Assembly: GCF_049969415.1 (NCBI RefSeq)
Contig: NZ_JBMFOX010000004.1
Span: forward strand, 1 to 59,077
DNA length: 59,077 nt
Reading direction: 5' to 3'
Origin: Candidatus Hadarchaeum sp.
GTDB lineage: Archaea; Hadarchaeota; Hadarchaeia; Hadarchaeales; Hadarchaeaceae
Part shown: positions 8,676 through 20,198 of the stretch, one piece after another
Layout: each line of letters opens with the position of its first letter
Position numbering within the stretch: the stretch's first letter is position 1
Program-made: the position numbers and the translations under genes
The notes under the pieces: model-generated
What the model was told of the DNA's origin: nothing
Databases searched by the model: none
What the model saw: only the letters and a program-made list of their open reading frames with translations

Positions 8676-9794
8676 TCACTTTGTCCCCAGGAACTGCTGC
8701 TTCTCCACTTCCTTCAGCTTCGCCGGCAGGTACTCGTTGACCACGTAGGCCAGCCCATACTTGGCGAACGCCTGCTGCTCTGCCTTCCGGCCGATCTCGA
8801 GCATCTTCTTGATCTCAGACTGCCAGAACTCGGTGTTGTAACGTGGGTCCTTGAGCAGCTGCTTCAGCCGGGCGATGTCCAGCTCCCGCAGCTTGTCCGT
8901 GGGCAGCTTGTAGTTGACGATGTCGCTCGCGGTGACGCCGATGTACTTGGCGTCGGGCACGGCCAGCTCGTGGTTGATGTAGGCCAGGTTGGCGCTGCCG
9001 GAGATGATGACCATACCGATGTGGTAGCCGAAGGGGTCGCCGTCACAGTTGAGGTAGACGGGCAGGCCCAGCTCCTCGTTGGCGCGCTTGAGGAACCTCC
9101 GGGTGGCGCGGGCCGCCTGTCCCTTGAGCCCCACGATCAGGGCGTCGAACTTCTTCCAGGCCTCCTCCTGGATGAGCCGGTGATACATACCCATCGTCTC
9201 AACCGCGATGATTCGCTTGGCCCGGCACTTGACAAACTCGACGTCATCGATGGTGGGCGGAATCGTGTACCCACCCCTCCCCGCCTTGGTGGCGTCGATG
9301 GTCACGTCTCCCTCGCGGAAGACGATCTGCCCGTAAACGGCGGCACCGTCCTCCTCCGGCATCAGCCCCAAGCTCTCCCGCTTCAGCCCGAAGGTCGCCT
9401 CAAGGTCCTCGATAATGGCGTCCGACTCGCTCTGGTCATGGAAGGGTCCGGCCTCCCAGCCCTCGGCCGTGTAGTACATCTCCCTGAGTGTGGCGAACTT
9501 GCCGCTCTCGATGAGCTCCTTGGCAAACTCGGCGGTGCAGAGGAGCTGTGCCACCTTTTTCACCTGCTTCATGCTCCCCGCCGACCGGATCCCGTACCTG
9601 GGTCCGAGAACGAAGTAGCGGTTCTTCCTGTCGTAGATGATGTTGGCGGTGCTCCGTGAGGGTATCTTCAGCTTCGGCGGCTGGGCGCTCCTGATGTCTT
9701 CGACGATCTTCCGGCCCAGCTCGGCCAGGGCCTGCAGCGCCTTCTTCCGGTGCTTCTTCTCCAGCGAGGTGGCCTCCCTAGTCATGGTCAACAC
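8676..9794 (-). CDS. top6A: DNA topoisomerase VI subunit A
   Basis: TLREMYY catalytic Tyr, DQSESD, TOPRIM motifs AVET and DGDPFG, KAEQQA. Confidence 0.97.
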   Translation of the reverse strand: MLTMTREATSLEKKHRKKALQALAELGRKIVEDIRSAQPPKLKIPSRSTANIIYDRKNRYFVLGPRYGIRSAGSMKQVKKVAQLLCTAEFAKELIESGKFATLREMYYTAEGWEAGPFHDQSESDAIIEDLEATFGLKRESLGLMPEEDGAAVYGQIVFREGDVTIDATKAGRGGYTIPPTIDDVEFVKCRAKRIIAVETMGMYHRLIQEEAWKKFDALIVGLKGQAARATRRFLKRANEELGLPVYLNCDGDPFGYHIGMVIISGSANLAYINHELAVPDAKYIGVTASDIVNYKLPTDKLRELDIARLKQLLKDPRYNTEFWQSEIKKMLEIGRKAEQQAFAKYGLAYVVNEYLPAKLKEVEKQQFLGTK

Positions 9795-11346
9795 CAGCGA
9801 TCTTTTTCAGCAGCGGCCTGACGTCGGGCTCCTCAACCCCGGCCAGCCGTGCCGCCTTCCGCGCAATCACGGGAAGGAACCTTTCAAAGATGCCCGCTCG
9901 CTCCTGCCGCTCCTTGGCCTTGAGCCGGCGGTAGAGGAACTTCTTCAACTCGCGCGCGGCTTCCATTACCGCCGCCCTAACCTCACCCACAATCTCGGGT
10001 TCGTCGGCGATGGATTGCTTTCCCGCCGAGGTGTAGGGAACGTAGGCCGAGGAGATGTTAACGAAGAGCGTCAGCGGCGCGTTGGTGATGTCCACCCCAT
10101 AGCGGCGCCAGTCGATGCTGCGCACGGCGGCGGTGATGGCGCAGCCGCCCTGGTCGAAGATGAGCGGAGCCCGGTTGGCGAACCTGATGAGATCCATGCC
10201 CACCTCGCCTTCCGCCCCCTCATTGTCGCCCTTGTTCTCGAGGGACTTTCCCGAGTTGCCGCCGTAGGCGATGCCGACCTCGACGATGAAGGGCAGGCCG
10301 CCGCGGTAAACCTTCGGCGGGCGGGTGAGCGTGTGGACAAACTCAGGGTTCAGGATCTGGCGCATGCCGTTCTCCAGCTCGGCCGCCCCGATCGGCCTCA
10401 GCCCTGAGGTCGGCGGGGCCAGCAGCTTGACCTGTTTGAAGGCGGAGACAATCCTCTCGGCCTCTTCCCAGCTCAGTTCCGTAGGCCTCTTTTCCGGGGA
10501 GACGTTAGCGAGCCGGCAGACCTCATCGGCCTTCTGCTTACTCACGCGGGAAAGCTCCGTGGAGAGGAGCCCGGAGACAGTCCTAGCTTTGGTGCGCTTG
10601 GCCAGCACCAGCAGGTCATCCGACATTATCCCCCAGGGGTGGAGCGGCATGGGCTTGGGCCGCTCGGGGATCTTGTTGGTGGCATTTTCGAAGACGGTGA
10701 GCGTGCCATCGGGTTCGACGAAGTTTATCCTCACGTGGGGGTTGGCGATGGCGGTCATGCGCAGGTAGTTGAAGGGGCCGTAGCGGGAGCGCATGTAGGC
10801 CACCTCCTTGGCCTCTATCTCCACCCGGGTGCCCCGCCACTTCTCCTTGAACTTTTCCTTGCTGACAATCTTGCCCTGGTTCTTGTCGACATCGATCATG
10901 ACGTCCACCTTAACGGTTTCACCGTTACCGGTCGAGGTCACCACGGTTGCCGGTTTCCCCGAAGTTATCTGTCCGAACATCACGCAGCCGGAAATTCCGA
11001 TGCCCTGCTGCCCGCGCTGTTGCATGGCCCGGTGCAGCTTGGTCCCGGCGAGCATCTTGCCGAAGACGTCGGGGATGTACTGTTCGGGGATGCCCGAGGC
11101 GTTGTCCTCGATGATAATCCGGAAGTGTTCTGGTTCATCGTTCACCCGCTTTATCATCACGGTGACTCTGGGCAGAATTCCCGCCTCTTCGGCCGCGTCA
11201 ATCGCATTGGTCACGCCCTCGTGGACAATCGTCGTCAGCGAACGGATCTTTCCCGTATAACCCAGCATCGCGGCGTTCCTGCGGAAGAACTCGCTGACGC
11301 TGTGCTCTCTGAAGTCGGCGAAAAGCTCATCGGCAAGGCTCTTCAT
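9778..11346 (-). CDS. top6B: DNA topoisomerase VI subunit B
   Basis: [38 protein letters not shown] motifs, RFANRAPL. Confidence 0.97.
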   Translation of the reverse strand: MKSLADELFADFREHSVSEFFRRNAAMLGYTGKIRSLTTIVHEGVTNAIDAAEEAGILPRVTVMIKRVNDEPEHFRIIIEDNASGIPEQYIPDVFGKMLAGTKLHRAMQQRGQQGIGISGCVMFGQITSGKPATVVTSTGNGETVKVDVMIDVDKNQGKIVSKEKFKEKWRGTRVEIEAKEVAYMRSRYGPFNYLRMTAIANPHVRINFVEPDGTLTVFENATNKIPERPKPMPLHPWGIMSDDLLVLAKRTKARTVSGLLSTELSRVSKQKADEVCRLANVSPEKRPTELSWEEAERIVSAFKQVKLLAPPTSGLRPIGAAELENGMRQILNPEFVHTLTRPPKVYRGGLPFIVEVGIAYGGNSGKSLENKGDNEGAEGEVGMDLIRFANRAPLIFDQGGCAITAAVRSIDWRRYGVDITNAPLTLFVNISSAYVPYTSAGKQSIADEPEIVGEVRAAVMEAARELKKFLYRRLKAKERQERAGIFERFLPVIARKAARLAGVEEPDVRPLLKKIAGVDHD

Positions 11347-11478
11347 GGATCCACCACCAGGGCCCCACTTTGTCCCCCAAAGATAAACATATTTTGGGGT
11401 GGGACGGCCGAAAGTATTCCTCGGCCTGAGCCCAGCCAGCTCAGCGGCACAACCGACTCTTTACCCCAGCCACGGACG

Positions 11479-11640
11479 CTAATATCGGGCATGATTTATC
11501 AGCTCCTTGATCGCCTCGTCAATGGTGACGCGTCTGCCCTTTTTTATCTGAAGCTTCGAAACCACCTCGAGCAGCCTCCGATGGGTGTCGTCATCCACCT
11601 TGAGGGTAACTTTAGTATTTTTAGTGTCTTTACTCATCAT
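11479..11640 (-). CDS. Ribbon-helix-helix (CopG/VapB-like) DNA-binding protein, 53 aa (not in ORF track)
   Basis: Hand translation MMSKDTKNTKVTLKVDDDTHRRLLEVVSKLQIKKGRRVTIDEAIKELINHARY; strand-helix-helix pattern; TATA box about 25 nt upstream. Confidence 0.75.
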   Translation of the reverse strand: MMSKDTKNTKVTLKVDDDTHRRLLEVVSKLQIKKGRRVTIDEAIKELINHARY

Positions 11641-11667
11641 AGTAAAATTATTAAAGTTACTATAAAA
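11639..11667 (-). promoter_or_regulatory. TATA box of the RHH gene overlapped by a 7-bp inverted repeat (putative operator)
   Basis: TTTTATA on minus strand at 11661-11667; ATAGTAA (11639-11645) ... TTACTAT (11657-11663). Confidence 0.5.
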
Positions 11668-11941
11668 GCATTGCCTGCTTATCTATGGCGTTAAAATTTT
11701 CATCCTAAGGATAGAATCCGCCTTCGCCTAGCCTTATAAATCGTTATTTCGACGATTTCCAGCTAGTTCTGCAGGCCAAGGATATGCCGGAAAAATCAAG
11801 GACAGCATGACGAATTATGAATGCCCGGTCATTGGGGCAGGCTTTGGAAGGTCAGCAATGTGTTTTCTTGGTAAATAATGGAAATTTGGCTATTGTTTTA
11901 GAGACATTGGGCTGTTGAAAATGGGAGAGGGCGTCGTAGGG

Positions 11942-12472
11942 TCAGAGCTGTTGTGAGATCCTCTTGCCCTCCCGGCGCTTCTTCTCCAAGAACTTGAAGA
12001 CGGTCGAGTGTTCCCGCCCGCTCAGCAGCATCTCGATGGCCTCCCGGGCCACGGCCAGCTGTTCGGCGCTCCCGATCGCGGCAACCGTCTTTCCGTAGAT
12101 GGAAATGTAGGTGTCGGTCAGGTGCTCGATGGTCTCCCGGGCCTTTCCCTGCTCGCCGATTACCCTTCCCTTCAGCCGGGAGATGGCGCGTTCGGAGTTC
12201 CCGGCGAAATCGGTGATGTCGAGGATCTCGAGAAGCTGGTCGTCGTCGAGCAGCCTGAAGGCCCGCTGCGAGCTGAAGCCCCGGGCGATCGCCTTGAGGA
12301 CATTTTCGGCCTTCAATGCGCCCAGGGGATCCTCCCCGGCCTCAATTTTGACACAGCCGGTTTCGCTGTCAAAAGTCAGCTTGGTGGAGGTGCGCCGCTC
12401 GATTTCCTTTTTTATCTCGCCATTGGGTCCTATGGCGGCCCCAATTCTATCTAGCGGCATCCGGACGTACAT
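11942..12472 (-). CDS. KH-domain ribosome biogenesis protein Dim2/Pno1
   Basis: RIGAAIGPNG and RLKGRVIGEQGKAR KH motifs, AIARGFS, YGKTV. Confidence 0.9.
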   Translation of the reverse strand: MYVRMPLDRIGAAIGPNGEIKKEIERRTSTKLTFDSETGCVKIEAGEDPLGALKAENVLKAIARGFSSQRAFRLLDDDQLLEILDITDFAGNSERAISRLKGRVIGEQGKARETIEHLTDTYISIYGKTVAAIGSAEQLAVAREAIEMLLSGREHSTVFKFLEKKRREGKRISQQL

Positions 12473-12626
12473 TTACCACACCAGCCAATGCAATCAACAA
12501 GTGATGGGATCTCTATCTACCGGCATTTAACCTCAATACTTTTCTCTACAATTATTTTTCTTCATACAAGTCAAAAATCTTTTGGTCCTCGAAACCTTTA
12601 TTTCAGGGTAAACCAAGTTGAACTCA

Positions 12627-13208
12627 ATGGCGCTGGAATCTCACAAGAACTTGGGTGGCGTGGGGGCCCTGTTAATAGTTCTGTCTCCCCTAGCGATGGG
12701 AGCGGTGGCCGGGGTCTTGGGGCTCGTGGGACTGATACTTCTGCTCATCGCCCTGAGCGGCATGGCGAGGGATTTCAGGGACAGGAAGATATTCAGCAAT
12801 GCCCTGCAAGGTGTTGTGATAGCAGTCGTGGGCGCGGTGGCCGGGCTGGTGATCGTGATTTTGACCTCGCTGCAGTTTTTCTCCCAGCTTGGAGTGGATC
12901 TCTTTAACCCCAATTGGGCCGGGATGGGCCGCATGTTCATGGGCATGTCGACTCCTGGATTTTGGCCACTCTTAGGTGGTATCCTAGCGGCGCTGGTGGT
13001 AGTCTTCGTCTGCGTCCTGATTGCGGTGATCTACTTCCGCCGGACTTTGAACATCCTGAGCGATAAAACCGATGTTCACATGTTTGCCACTGCTGGGACA
13101 GTAATGCTGATTGGAGCCGCCCTAAGCATCGTGGTGGTCGGCTTTCTGCTGATCTGGGTCTCGTTCATACTTCTGACGGTCGCCTTTTTCTCGATGAAAA
13201 CTAGGTGA
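12627..13208 (+). CDS. DUF996-family membrane protein
   Basis: LES.K.LGG.GA.L N-terminus, F.TAG....IGA.L.I..VG.LL C-terminus, several TM helices. Confidence 0.8.
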   Translation: MALESHKNLGGVGALLIVLSPLAMGAVAGVLGLVGLILLLIALSGMARDFRDRKIFSNALQGVVIAVVGAVAGLVIVILTSLQFFSQLGVDLFNPNWAGMGRMFMGMSTPGFWPLLGGILAALVVVFVCVLIAVIYFRRTLNILSDKTDVHMFATAGTVMLIGAALSIVVVGFLLIWVSFILLTVAFFSMKTR

Positions 13209-13266
13209 AACGGGGCCGCGGTAGCCGGGGTAATAATTTATCCTCGGCGTTTTCAGTAGTTAGTGG

Positions 13267-13351
13267 GCCGGGGTAGCCAAGCCAGGTAAGGCGCACGCCT
13301 TGAGAGCGTGTGGCCCATCGGGCCGCAGGGGTTCAAATCCCCTCCCCGGCG
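13267..13351 (+). tRNA. tRNA-Ser(TGA), long variable arm, CCA not encoded
   Basis: GCCGGGG/CCCCGGC acceptor stem, CACGC-CTTGAGA-GCGTG anticodon arm, GGTTCAAATCC T-arm, G73. Confidence 0.95.
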
Positions 13352-13760
13352 CCTTGAAGATCTAAATACTCTCAGCCAAAATCCCCCATCCATTCAGTTT
13401 TCCCCATTGCCTGGGCAGGCAAGGCTCAATGATTCAAAATAATACCCGTCAATGTTTCTAAAAGCAAAATTGAGAGCTACTATCAACAAGTAGGAAATAT
13501 TTTTAACAATTCGGACGGCCTCAGGGGCCGTTGGAGGGGGTGGGCGAATGTTTGCCCATGTCATCCTTTTATCTTCAAACTCTACCTCATCCGGACCAAC
13601 CTTTCTTGGTCGAATAGTATGTTCAGTTCGTTGGATAAGAAGAAACTCCCGCTTTGGTCGGCACCATTGTCTCCATCTCGCCGCCGCCTTTAAAAAGGGT
13701 ATTTAAAGCCGGCGCTCAGTTAATTTGGAACCGGTCGCGGCAAGGTTGGATGGTGTGTCG

Positions 13761-14186
13761 ATGAAAAAATTTGATTGGGTAGAGCACCCCAGCGACATCG
13801 GCTTCAGGGCGTATGGCCGGGACCTGGCGGAGGCCTTTGAGAATGCGGCGCTGGCGTTGTTTGAAATCATGGTTGACACCAGCCGGGTTGAGGCGCGGGA
13901 AAGATTGGAGGTGGAACTGGTGGCAGAGGATGAGTCCGCTTTGCTTTACGATTGGTTGGACAAGCTAATTTACCTCCATGATTCAGAAAATTTAGTATTC
14001 TCAAAGTTCGAAGTTAAGATAGAAAAGGTGCCGGAGGGGCTTCGGCTTTCGGCTCAGGTCTGGGGGGAGAAATTCAATCCCGCCAAGCATCCGGAGCGGA
14101 CGGCGGTTAAGGCCGTCACCTATCACCTGATGGAAATCGGGCAGGAAAAGGACGGCAGTTACGTGCAGGCCGTGGTCGACATCTGA
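13761..14186 (+). CDS. Archease
   Basis: EHPSD..F.AYG..L.EAF, VKAVTYH, C-terminal VVDI; directly upstream of rtcB. Confidence 0.95.
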   Translation: MKKFDWVEHPSDIGFRAYGRDLAEAFENAALALFEIMVDTSRVEARERLEVELVAEDESALLYDWLDKLIYLHDSENLVFSKFEVKIEKVPEGLRLSAQVWGEKFNPAKHPERTAVKAVTYHLMEIGQEKDGSYVQAVVDI

Positions 14187-14245
14187 TGGGCAAGGCCAAA
14201 GCAAAAGTTAATTTAGCGCTTTAGGCTATTTCTACTGGTGGGATC

Positions 14246-15727
14246 ATGGAAGAAGGTGCCGTTTCAGCAACGGGCCCGTGGCAGGGCAAGATTCGGAAAA
14301 TAGATGACCTGAGGTGGGAGATCCCTCAAGAGTACAAGCGCGGCATGCGGGTTCCGGCCCGGATCTACGCGGATGCCGAGATGCTTGAGGAGATGCGCCG
14401 GGACCTGACGCTGGAACAGGCCGCAAACGTAACTTTCCTGCAGGGCATCTACAAATATTCTATCACCCTGCCGGATGGGCACCAAGGTTATGGGTTCCCC
14501 ATCGGCGGTGTTGCGGCCACGGATGCTGAAACAGGCGTGATCAGTCCCGGAGGTGTCGGGTACGATATCAACTGCGGTGTCCGTCTACTGCGCACGGGAC
14601 TTGACAAAAAGGAGGTAGTCCCTAGGCTTCGCGAGCTCGTGGACTCTCTGTTTAGAAATGTTCCTTCGGGACTCGGCAGTGAGGGCAAGGTGAAGGTTAC
14701 TCCAGCTCAGCTCGACCAGGTGCTGGAAATCGGCGCCAGATGGGCGGTGGAGAACGGGTATGGATGGGAGGAAGACCTAGAGCGCCTCGAGGAGAGGGGT
14801 GGAATGTCCGGAGCCTCAGCCCGGGATGTGAGCCCCGAGGCCAAGCGGCGGGGTTATCCCCAGCTCGGGAGCTTGGGTAGCGGAAATCACTTTCTCGAGA
14901 TTCAGACAGTTGATAAGATTTTTGATCCTGAGATAGCCAGAAGGTTCGGCATCGAGCACGAGGACCAGGTAATGGTGATGGTCCACACCGGCTCCCGTGG
15001 TCTCGGGCACCAGGTCTGCTCCGATTACCTCCGCGCCATGGAACGGGCCGTGAAAAAGTACAACATCTTTCTGCCCGACCGCGAGCTGGTGAATGTTCCG
15101 GTGAATTCCCCTGAAGGGCAGGCATATCTTTCGGCGATGAGATGTGCCGCTAATTTTGCCTGGGCCAACCGGCAGATGATAGTCCACTGGGTGAGGCAGT
15201 CATTTGAGGATGTCATGAAACAGGACGCCGAATCCTTGGGCCTCCACATCGTTTACGATGTTGCGCACAACATCGCCAAAATCGAGGAGCACGAGGTCGA
15301 CGGGAAGAAGAGAAAGCTCTGCGTCCACAGGAAGGGCGCCACTAGGGCCTTCCCCGCCGGACGCCCAGAAATTCCCCAAATCTACCGTAACGTGGGACAA
15401 CCCGTGCTGATTCCGGGCGATATGGGCACGGCTTCTTATGTGATGGTCGGTACCGAGCAGGGGTTCAGAGAGGCCTTTGGTTCCACCGCCCACGGGGCCG
15501 GAAGACACATGAGCCGTACTGCGGCGCTGAAGCACTTCCGGGGTGAGGAGATCAAGCGCAAGTTGGAGTCCGAGGGAAAGGTGGTTAGGGCGGCCAAGAT
15601 CTCGGTAATCGCGGAGGAGGCGCCGGACGCCTACAAGGACATCGATAAGGTAGTTGACATAACCCACCGAGCCGGCATAGCCAGAAAGGTGGCGAGGCTG
15701 GTGCCCATCGGGGTCGCCAAAGGCTGA
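14246..15727 (+). CDS. rtcB: RNA-splicing ligase RtcB
   Basis: [37 protein letters not shown] motifs; no intein. Confidence 0.97.
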   Translation: MEEGAVSATGPWQGKIRKIDDLRWEIPQEYKRGMRVPARIYADAEMLEEMRRDLTLEQAANVTFLQGIYKYSITLPDGHQGYGFPIGGVAATDAETGVISPGGVGYDINCGVRLLRTGLDKKEVVPRLRELVDSLFRNVPSGLGSEGKVKVTPAQLDQVLEIGARWAVENGYGWEEDLERLEERGGMSGASARDVSPEAKRRGYPQLGSLGSGNHFLEIQTVDKIFDPEIARRFGIEHEDQVMVMVHTGSRGLGHQVCSDYLRAMERAVKKYNIFLPDRELVNVPVNSPEGQAYLSAMRCAANFAWANRQMIVHWVRQSFEDVMKQDAESLGLHIVYDVAHNIAKIEEHEVDGKKRKLCVHRKGATRAFPAGRPEIPQIYRNVGQPVLIPGDMGTASYVMVGTEQGFREAFGSTAHGAGRHMSRTAALKHFRGEEIKRKLESEGKVVRAAKISVIAEEAPDAYKDIDKVVDITHRAGIARKVARLVPIGVAKG

Positions 15728-15730
15728 TCG

Positions 15731-16579
15731 TTGATGCTTTCTCGTCCAGAAATTTCGGTGTTGTTACCAGCCTCACTGGTAGCTGACTCCTCCGACCTTC
15801 GTCAAGTTACCTTTAAAGTTGGCCTGGTGGGACGGGCGCTGGCGATATTTCGGGTTAGCCGGGTTTGCATCTACAACGATGATGAACCCAACGTGAGGAA
15901 TCAGGAGACCCAAGCTAGGACCATCGAGACACTTTTGAGCTATCTTGAAACCCCACAGTATTTGCGCAAGATTCTTTTTCCCCATTCCGAGGTGCTTAAG
16001 TATGCTGGTTTACTCTCCCCTTTGCGTACACCGAGTCACCCGCTTCAAGACGAGCGGAATCGGAAGGGAGACTGTCGCGAGGGAGTCGTCATTGAGTCAG
16101 GCCAAAGGAGCATTTTGGAAATAGGTCTGCCGCAAAAAGGGATCTACCACGGGAAATTGCCTCTGAGGCAGCGAGTGACAGTTAGGCTCGGCGACAGAGA
16201 AGGGGATTTCATCCAGGTAACGCCGGTGTCTCGGGGGGAGGTTCAGGACTACTGGGGCTTCAAAATTTTACGCGCCGAAAGCCTCGCGGAGGGCTTAAAA
16301 GCAGTTAAGGCTGATTACTACATTGGTACGTCAAGGCGAGGGCAAAATTTATATGAAGCCGTGCAGGCGATAATGAGTAGCAAGCCTCGCAGCATGGCAG
16401 TGGCTTTCGGAGGCCCTTATGCAGGGCTCTTCGAGATATGCCGGCGACAGGGCGTCGACGCTTCGGACCTGTTCGACGTCATTATGAATGCGGTACCGAA
16501 CCAAGGCACGGCCACCGTTCGGACCGAGGAGGCGCTCGTAGCCACGCTCTCGCTGCTGAACGCGCTCATCGAGGGATAA
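15731..16579 (+). CDS. SPOUT RNA methyltransferase (DUF171/MTH1 type)
   Basis: ETPQYLRK, PLRTPSH, PNQGTATVRTEEA; conserved position before rpl3. Confidence 0.9.
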   Translation: MMLSRPEISVLLPASLVADSSDLRQVTFKVGLVGRALAIFRVSRVCIYNDDEPNVRNQETQARTIETLLSYLETPQYLRKILFPHSEVLKYAGLLSPLRTPSHPLQDERNRKGDCREGVVIESGQRSILEIGLPQKGIYHGKLPLRQRVTVRLGDREGDFIQVTPVSRGEVQDYWGFKILRAESLAEGLKAVKADYYIGTSRRGQNLYEAVQAIMSSKPRSMAVAFGGPYAGLFEICRRQGVDASDLFDVIMNAVPNQGTATVRTEEALVATLSLLNALIEG

Positions 16580-16582
16580 AAA

Positions 16583-17593
16583 ATGGGAAAACGGGCACAT
16601 CATCCACGTCGGGGCTCACTGGCATACATGCCGCGGGCAAGGGCCAAGAGCCCCGTGGCTCGTGTGAGGGCATGGCCAGCGGAAGCTAGGTTGGGTTTAC
16701 AGGGTTTCGCGGGTTATAAGGCAGGCATGATCAGCCTCTTCATGATTGATGACCGCAAGGGCTCCATGACCAAGGGCCAGGAGATCTGCGTTCCCGCCAC
16801 AGTGATTGAGGCACCGCCCATGGTCGTCTGTGCGGTCAGGATCTACCAGCAGGGCACCAGAGGGCTGAAGGCGATGGGTGAGGTCTGGTCGAGCGAGTTG
16901 CCCAAGGACCTCTTCCGCCTGATTCGAAGGCCCAAAAAGTATGATGCTCAGAAGGCGATGGAACAGGCCGAGGCGCTGGTGAAATCGGGCAAAGTTAACG
17001 AGATTAGAGTTTTGGCTTGCACCCAGCCCCGCGAAACCGGCGTGTCGAAGAAGAAGCCAGATCTGGTGGAGATACGCGTTGGTGGCAGCTCGGTCGAGGA
17101 GCGCTGGAATTACTCCAAAGGCCTTCTGGGGAAGCAGGTCCGCCCCAGCGATGTTTTCAAGGAGGGTGAGTTCGTCGATGTCCTCGCGATTACTAAGGGC
17201 AAAGGATTTCAGGGTCCGGTCAAGCGCTGGGGGGTCAAGATCTTGCCCCGAAAGAGCGAGGAGGGAAGGAGGCAAGTCGGCACCCTCGGTCCTTGGTCTC
17301 CTCCCCGGATCCTGTGGACGGTTCCGGCGGCAGGCCAGATGGGATACCACCAGCGCACCGATTTCAACAAGAGAATTTTGAAAATAGGCAACGACGGCAA
17401 GGAGGTCACCCCCAGCGGAGGCTTCCTCCGTTATGGCCCGATCAGAAAGGACTTCATCGTCGTTGCCGGTTCAGTTCCGGGGCCGACCAAGAGATTGGTT
17501 CAGCTGAGACATCCGGTGAGACTTCATGCCGAGGCGGCAACTTCGGTGCCCTCCGTCACCTACATAAGCACAGCTTCACAACAGGGTGCTTGA
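16583..17593 (+). CDS. rpl3: 50S ribosomal protein L3
   Basis: PRRGSL, GYKAGM, TKGKGFQGPVKRWG. Confidence 0.97.
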   Translation: MGKRAHHPRRGSLAYMPRARAKSPVARVRAWPAEARLGLQGFAGYKAGMISLFMIDDRKGSMTKGQEICVPATVIEAPPMVVCAVRIYQQGTRGLKAMGEVWSSELPKDLFRLIRRPKKYDAQKAMEQAEALVKSGKVNEIRVLACTQPRETGVSKKKPDLVEIRVGGSSVEERWNYSKGLLGKQVRPSDVFKEGEFVDVLAITKGKGFQGPVKRWGVKILPRKSEEGRRQVGTLGPWSPPRILWTVPAAGQMGYHQRTDFNKRILKIGNDGKEVTPSGGFLRYGPIRKDFIVVAGSVPGPTKRLVQLRHPVRLHAEAATSVPSVTYISTASQQGA

Positions 17594-17595
17594 CA

Positions 17596-18378
17596 ATGAA
17601 GGTTCCAGTATTCTCGCTTGACGCCAAGCCGGTAGAGGAAATAGAGCTTCCGGAGGTCTTTGATTCCGAGGTCAGGCCCGACGTGATAAGGCGGGCCGTG
17701 CTAGCCGCTCAGTCGGCCAGAATCCAGCCTTGGGGACCGGATCCGATGGCGGGCAAGAGAACCTCTGCCGAGACCTGGGGAAAGGGTTTCGGTGTTTCCC
17801 GGATCAGGAGGGTTAAAGGCACGAAGCATCCGGCGTCCGGAATGGGGGCGTTTGCTCCCCATGCCGTCGGAGGCAGGAGGGCCCATCCGCCGCGGGTTGA
17901 GAAGAATATTGCGGAGAGGATTAACCGCAAAGAGCGGCGGCTGGCGATAAGGTCGGCAATTGCGGCGTCGAAGGATAAAAAGTTGGTCGCCGCGAGGGGC
18001 CACGCGGTTGCAACTGTTTCCTCCCTTCCCCTCGTGGTCACCGATGAGTTGGAGAGCCTGAAGAAAACCGCCGATATTAGGGCGACCCTGACCAAGCTGG
18101 GTCTGGGCAAGGAGTTGGAAAGAACTTCTGAAGGCATCCGCATCCGGGCGGGCATAGGTAAGATGAGGGGCAGACGCTACAAAAGGGCAGTCGGGCCGCT
18201 GATAGTAATTGCCCAAGACCGGGGGATAAAGTCGGGGGCGAGGAACCTCCCCGGCGTAAGCGTGGCCAAGGTAAATGAGCTGAACGCGGAGATTTTGGCT
18301 CCCGGAGGCGTTCCGGGTAGATTGATCGTCTGGACCACTTCGGCGATACAGAAACTTGCGGAGGGATTATATTCATGA
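17596..18378 (+). CDS. rpl4: 50S ribosomal protein L4
   Basis: Real start ATG 17596 (MKVPVFS); [29 protein letters not shown]. Confidence 0.95.
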   Translation: MKVPVFSLDAKPVEEIELPEVFDSEVRPDVIRRAVLAAQSARIQPWGPDPMAGKRTSAETWGKGFGVSRIRRVKGTKHPASGMGAFAPHAVGGRRAHPPRVEKNIAERINRKERRLAIRSAIAASKDKKLVAARGHAVATVSSLPLVVTDELESLKKTADIRATLTKLGLGKELERTSEGIRIRAGIGKMRGRRYKRAVGPLIVIAQDRGIKSGARNLPGVSVAKVNELNAEILAPGGVPGRLIVWTTSAIQKLAEGLYS

Positions 18379-18638
18379 AGGATCCTCACTCGGTAATTCT
18401 CTATCCGCTGGCCACGGAGAAGGCGGTGAAGATGATAGAGTCTGAAAACAAGCTGATCTTCGTCGTCGATAATGCCGCGACCAAGTCAGATATAAAGAGG
18501 GCGGTAGAAACCCTGTTTGAGGTTAAGGTGAAGAAGGTATCTGTTGAGATCACTCCGGAGGGAAAAAAGCGCGCCTATGTCAAGCTGGCGCCGGAGTTTA
18601 TGGCCGATGAGATCGCGGCAAAACTGGGGATGATCTGA
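18375..18638 (+). CDS. rpl23: 50S ribosomal protein L23
   Basis: TEKA...[18 protein letters not shown]. Confidence 0.95.
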   Translation: MKDPHSVILYPLATEKAVKMIESENKLIFVVDNAATKSDIKRAVETLFEVKVKKVSVEITPEGKKRAYVKLAPEFMADEIAAKLGMI

Positions 18639-19345
18639 TGGGCAAGCGTTTAAGGGCGCAGAGGATTGGTAACGGCTCGCCCACCTATCGGGCGAAAAGC
18701 TGGCGAAGGCTGGGGAAGATTAGCCTGCCTCCGCCGGAGAGGGCTGGTGAGGCCGTGGTGGTGGATATACTCCATGAACCCGGCAGAAGCGCTCCGGTAG
18801 CGAGGATCCGTTATGGAGACGGGCAGGAAAGGTTAGTTTTGGCTCCCGAAGGGCTCAAGGTCGGGGACAAGGTTATGGCAGGGATTTCTGCGGAGATAAA
18901 ACCCGGAAATGTGCTCCCGCTGGCCGAGATACCGGAGGGTACGACCATCTGCAATATAGAAACGAAGCCCGGAGATGGCGGAAAGTTAGTCAGGGCAGCT
19001 GGCTCCTACGCGGTTCTGGTAGGCCACGATGTGGGTCGGGCCAGTGTCCAGCTTCCTTCCGGGGAGATAAAGGAAATGGACCCACGGTGCCGGGCCACAA
19101 TCGGAGTGGTTGCTGGTGGAGGGCGTCTGGAGAAGCCACTGGTGAAGGCGGGCAAGCGCCACCACATCATGCTTGCCAAGGGCAAACATTATCCGCGTAC
19201 ACGGGCAGTGGCGATGAACATCGTGGATCATCCCTTCGGCGGTGGCAGAGGCAAGAACGCGGGCAGGCCGAAGACGGTAGCGCGCGGTGCTCCGCCGGGC
19301 CAGAAGGTAGGGTTAATAGCGGCCAGAAGGACAGGGAAGAGGTGA
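18638..19345 (+). CDS. rpl2: 50S ribosomal protein L2
   Basis: [30 protein letters not shown]. Confidence 0.97.
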   Translation: MGKRLRAQRIGNGSPTYRAKSWRRLGKISLPPPERAGEAVVVDILHEPGRSAPVARIRYGDGQERLVLAPEGLKVGDKVMAGISAEIKPGNVLPLAEIPEGTTICNIETKPGDGGKLVRAAGSYAVLVGHDVGRASVQLPSGEIKEMDPRCRATIGVVAGGGRLEKPLVKAGKRHHIMLAKGKHYPRTRAVAMNIVDHPFGGGRGKNAGRPKTVARGAPPGQKVGLIAARRTGKR

Positions 19346-19349
19346 GGTC

Positions 19350-19745
19350 ATGCCGAAGAAGTTCACCTATCGGGGTTACGCTCTCGAGGAGCTGCAGAGG
19401 CTGCCCTTGGATGATTTCGCGAAACTTTTACCCTCTCGCCAGCGCAGATCGCTGTTGAGAGGCTTCACCCCAAAGCAGAAAAAGTTGATAGAGAAGATCA
19501 GAAAGGCGAGAGCTTCGGGCAACGATGCACCGATACGGACCCACTGTCGGGACATGGTGATAATACCCGAGATGGTGGGCCTGAAGTTTGCGGTTCACAA
19601 CGGGAAGGAGTTTTTGATTGTGGAAGTGAAGCCGGAGATGATCGGGCATCGCCTCGGAGAGTTTGCCCAGACCAGGAAGAGAGTCATCCATGGAACTCCG
19701 GGCATCGGTGCCACTAGAAGCTCCATGTATGTGCCGTTGAAGTGA
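19350..19745 (+). CDS. rps19: 30S ribosomal protein S19
   Basis: [25 protein letters not shown]. Confidence 0.97.
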   Translation: MPKKFTYRGYALEELQRLPLDDFAKLLPSRQRRSLLRGFTPKQKKLIEKIRKARASGNDAPIRTHCRDMVIIPEMVGLKFAVHNGKEFLIVEVKPEMIGHRLGEFAQTRKRVIHGTPGIGATRSSMYVPLK

Positions 19746-20194
19746 TGGTTATGCCGAAGTTCGGTTTTTCTGCGAAGGTCGAGGGTCCAGTGGCTCGGGC
19801 GCTGGGTAAGGAGCGGAGGATCTCTCCCAAGCAGGCCATGGAGGTCTGCAGGGCCATAAGAGGGATGAGCCTGAAAGCCGCCAAGGAATACCTTGAAGCT
19901 GTCCAGCAGAAGAAGAAGGCAGTGCCTATTTTGCGTCACAGAAAAAAGGTCGCCCACCGCGGCCCCAAGGGGAGCGGCCAGTATCCGGTGAAGGCAGCGA
20001 GGGAGATACTGAAGGTTTTGAAGAATGCGGAGGCCAACGCCGTCTACAAGGGGCTTGACGTGGAAAAACTTAAGGTGGTCCACGCCAGCGCCTACAAGGG
20101 TACTTCCATTCCAGGGTTTATCCCGCGGGCCTTTGGACGCTCGTCGCCAGCGATGTCTCCGCTGACAAATATTGAGATAATCCTGAAAGGTTGA
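19742..20194 (+). CDS. rpl22: 50S ribosomal protein L22
   Basis: ISPK....C..IRG, YPVKAA, PRAFGR. Confidence 0.95.
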   Translation: MMVMPKFGFSAKVEGPVARALGKERRISPKQAMEVCRAIRGMSLKAAKEYLEAVQQKKKAVPILRHRKKVAHRGPKGSGQYPVKAAREILKVLKNAEANAVYKGLDVEKLKVVHASAYKGTSIPGFIPRAFGRSSPAMSPLTNIEIILKG

Positions 20195-20198
20195 TGAA

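Noticed and set aside
1-11400. Apparently higher GC in the left part of the window, suggesting a chimeric assembly
   Set aside because: Only an impression by eye that I could not quantify; the genes on both sides are consistent with one archaeal genome.
8970-11694. Long plus-strand ORFs (229, 256 and 351 aa) opposite top6A/B, and similar antisense ORFs across the window
   Set aside because: Shadow frames of GC-rich, clearly identified genes, with no recognisable motifs.
13267-13351. tRNA-Sec
   Set aside because: The anticodon is TGA (reads UCA, Ser), not TCA, and the acceptor stem is the standard 7 bp.
13352-13720. Possible C/D-box sRNA or small ORF on the minus strand after tRNA-Ser, with a hairpin near 13515-13531
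   Set aside because: C boxes are degenerate, guide lengths are atypical and the ORFs are short; not enough support.
17293-17595. 101-aa N-terminal extension of L4
   Set aside because: It overlaps rpl3 in another frame; L4 similarity starts at ATG 17596.
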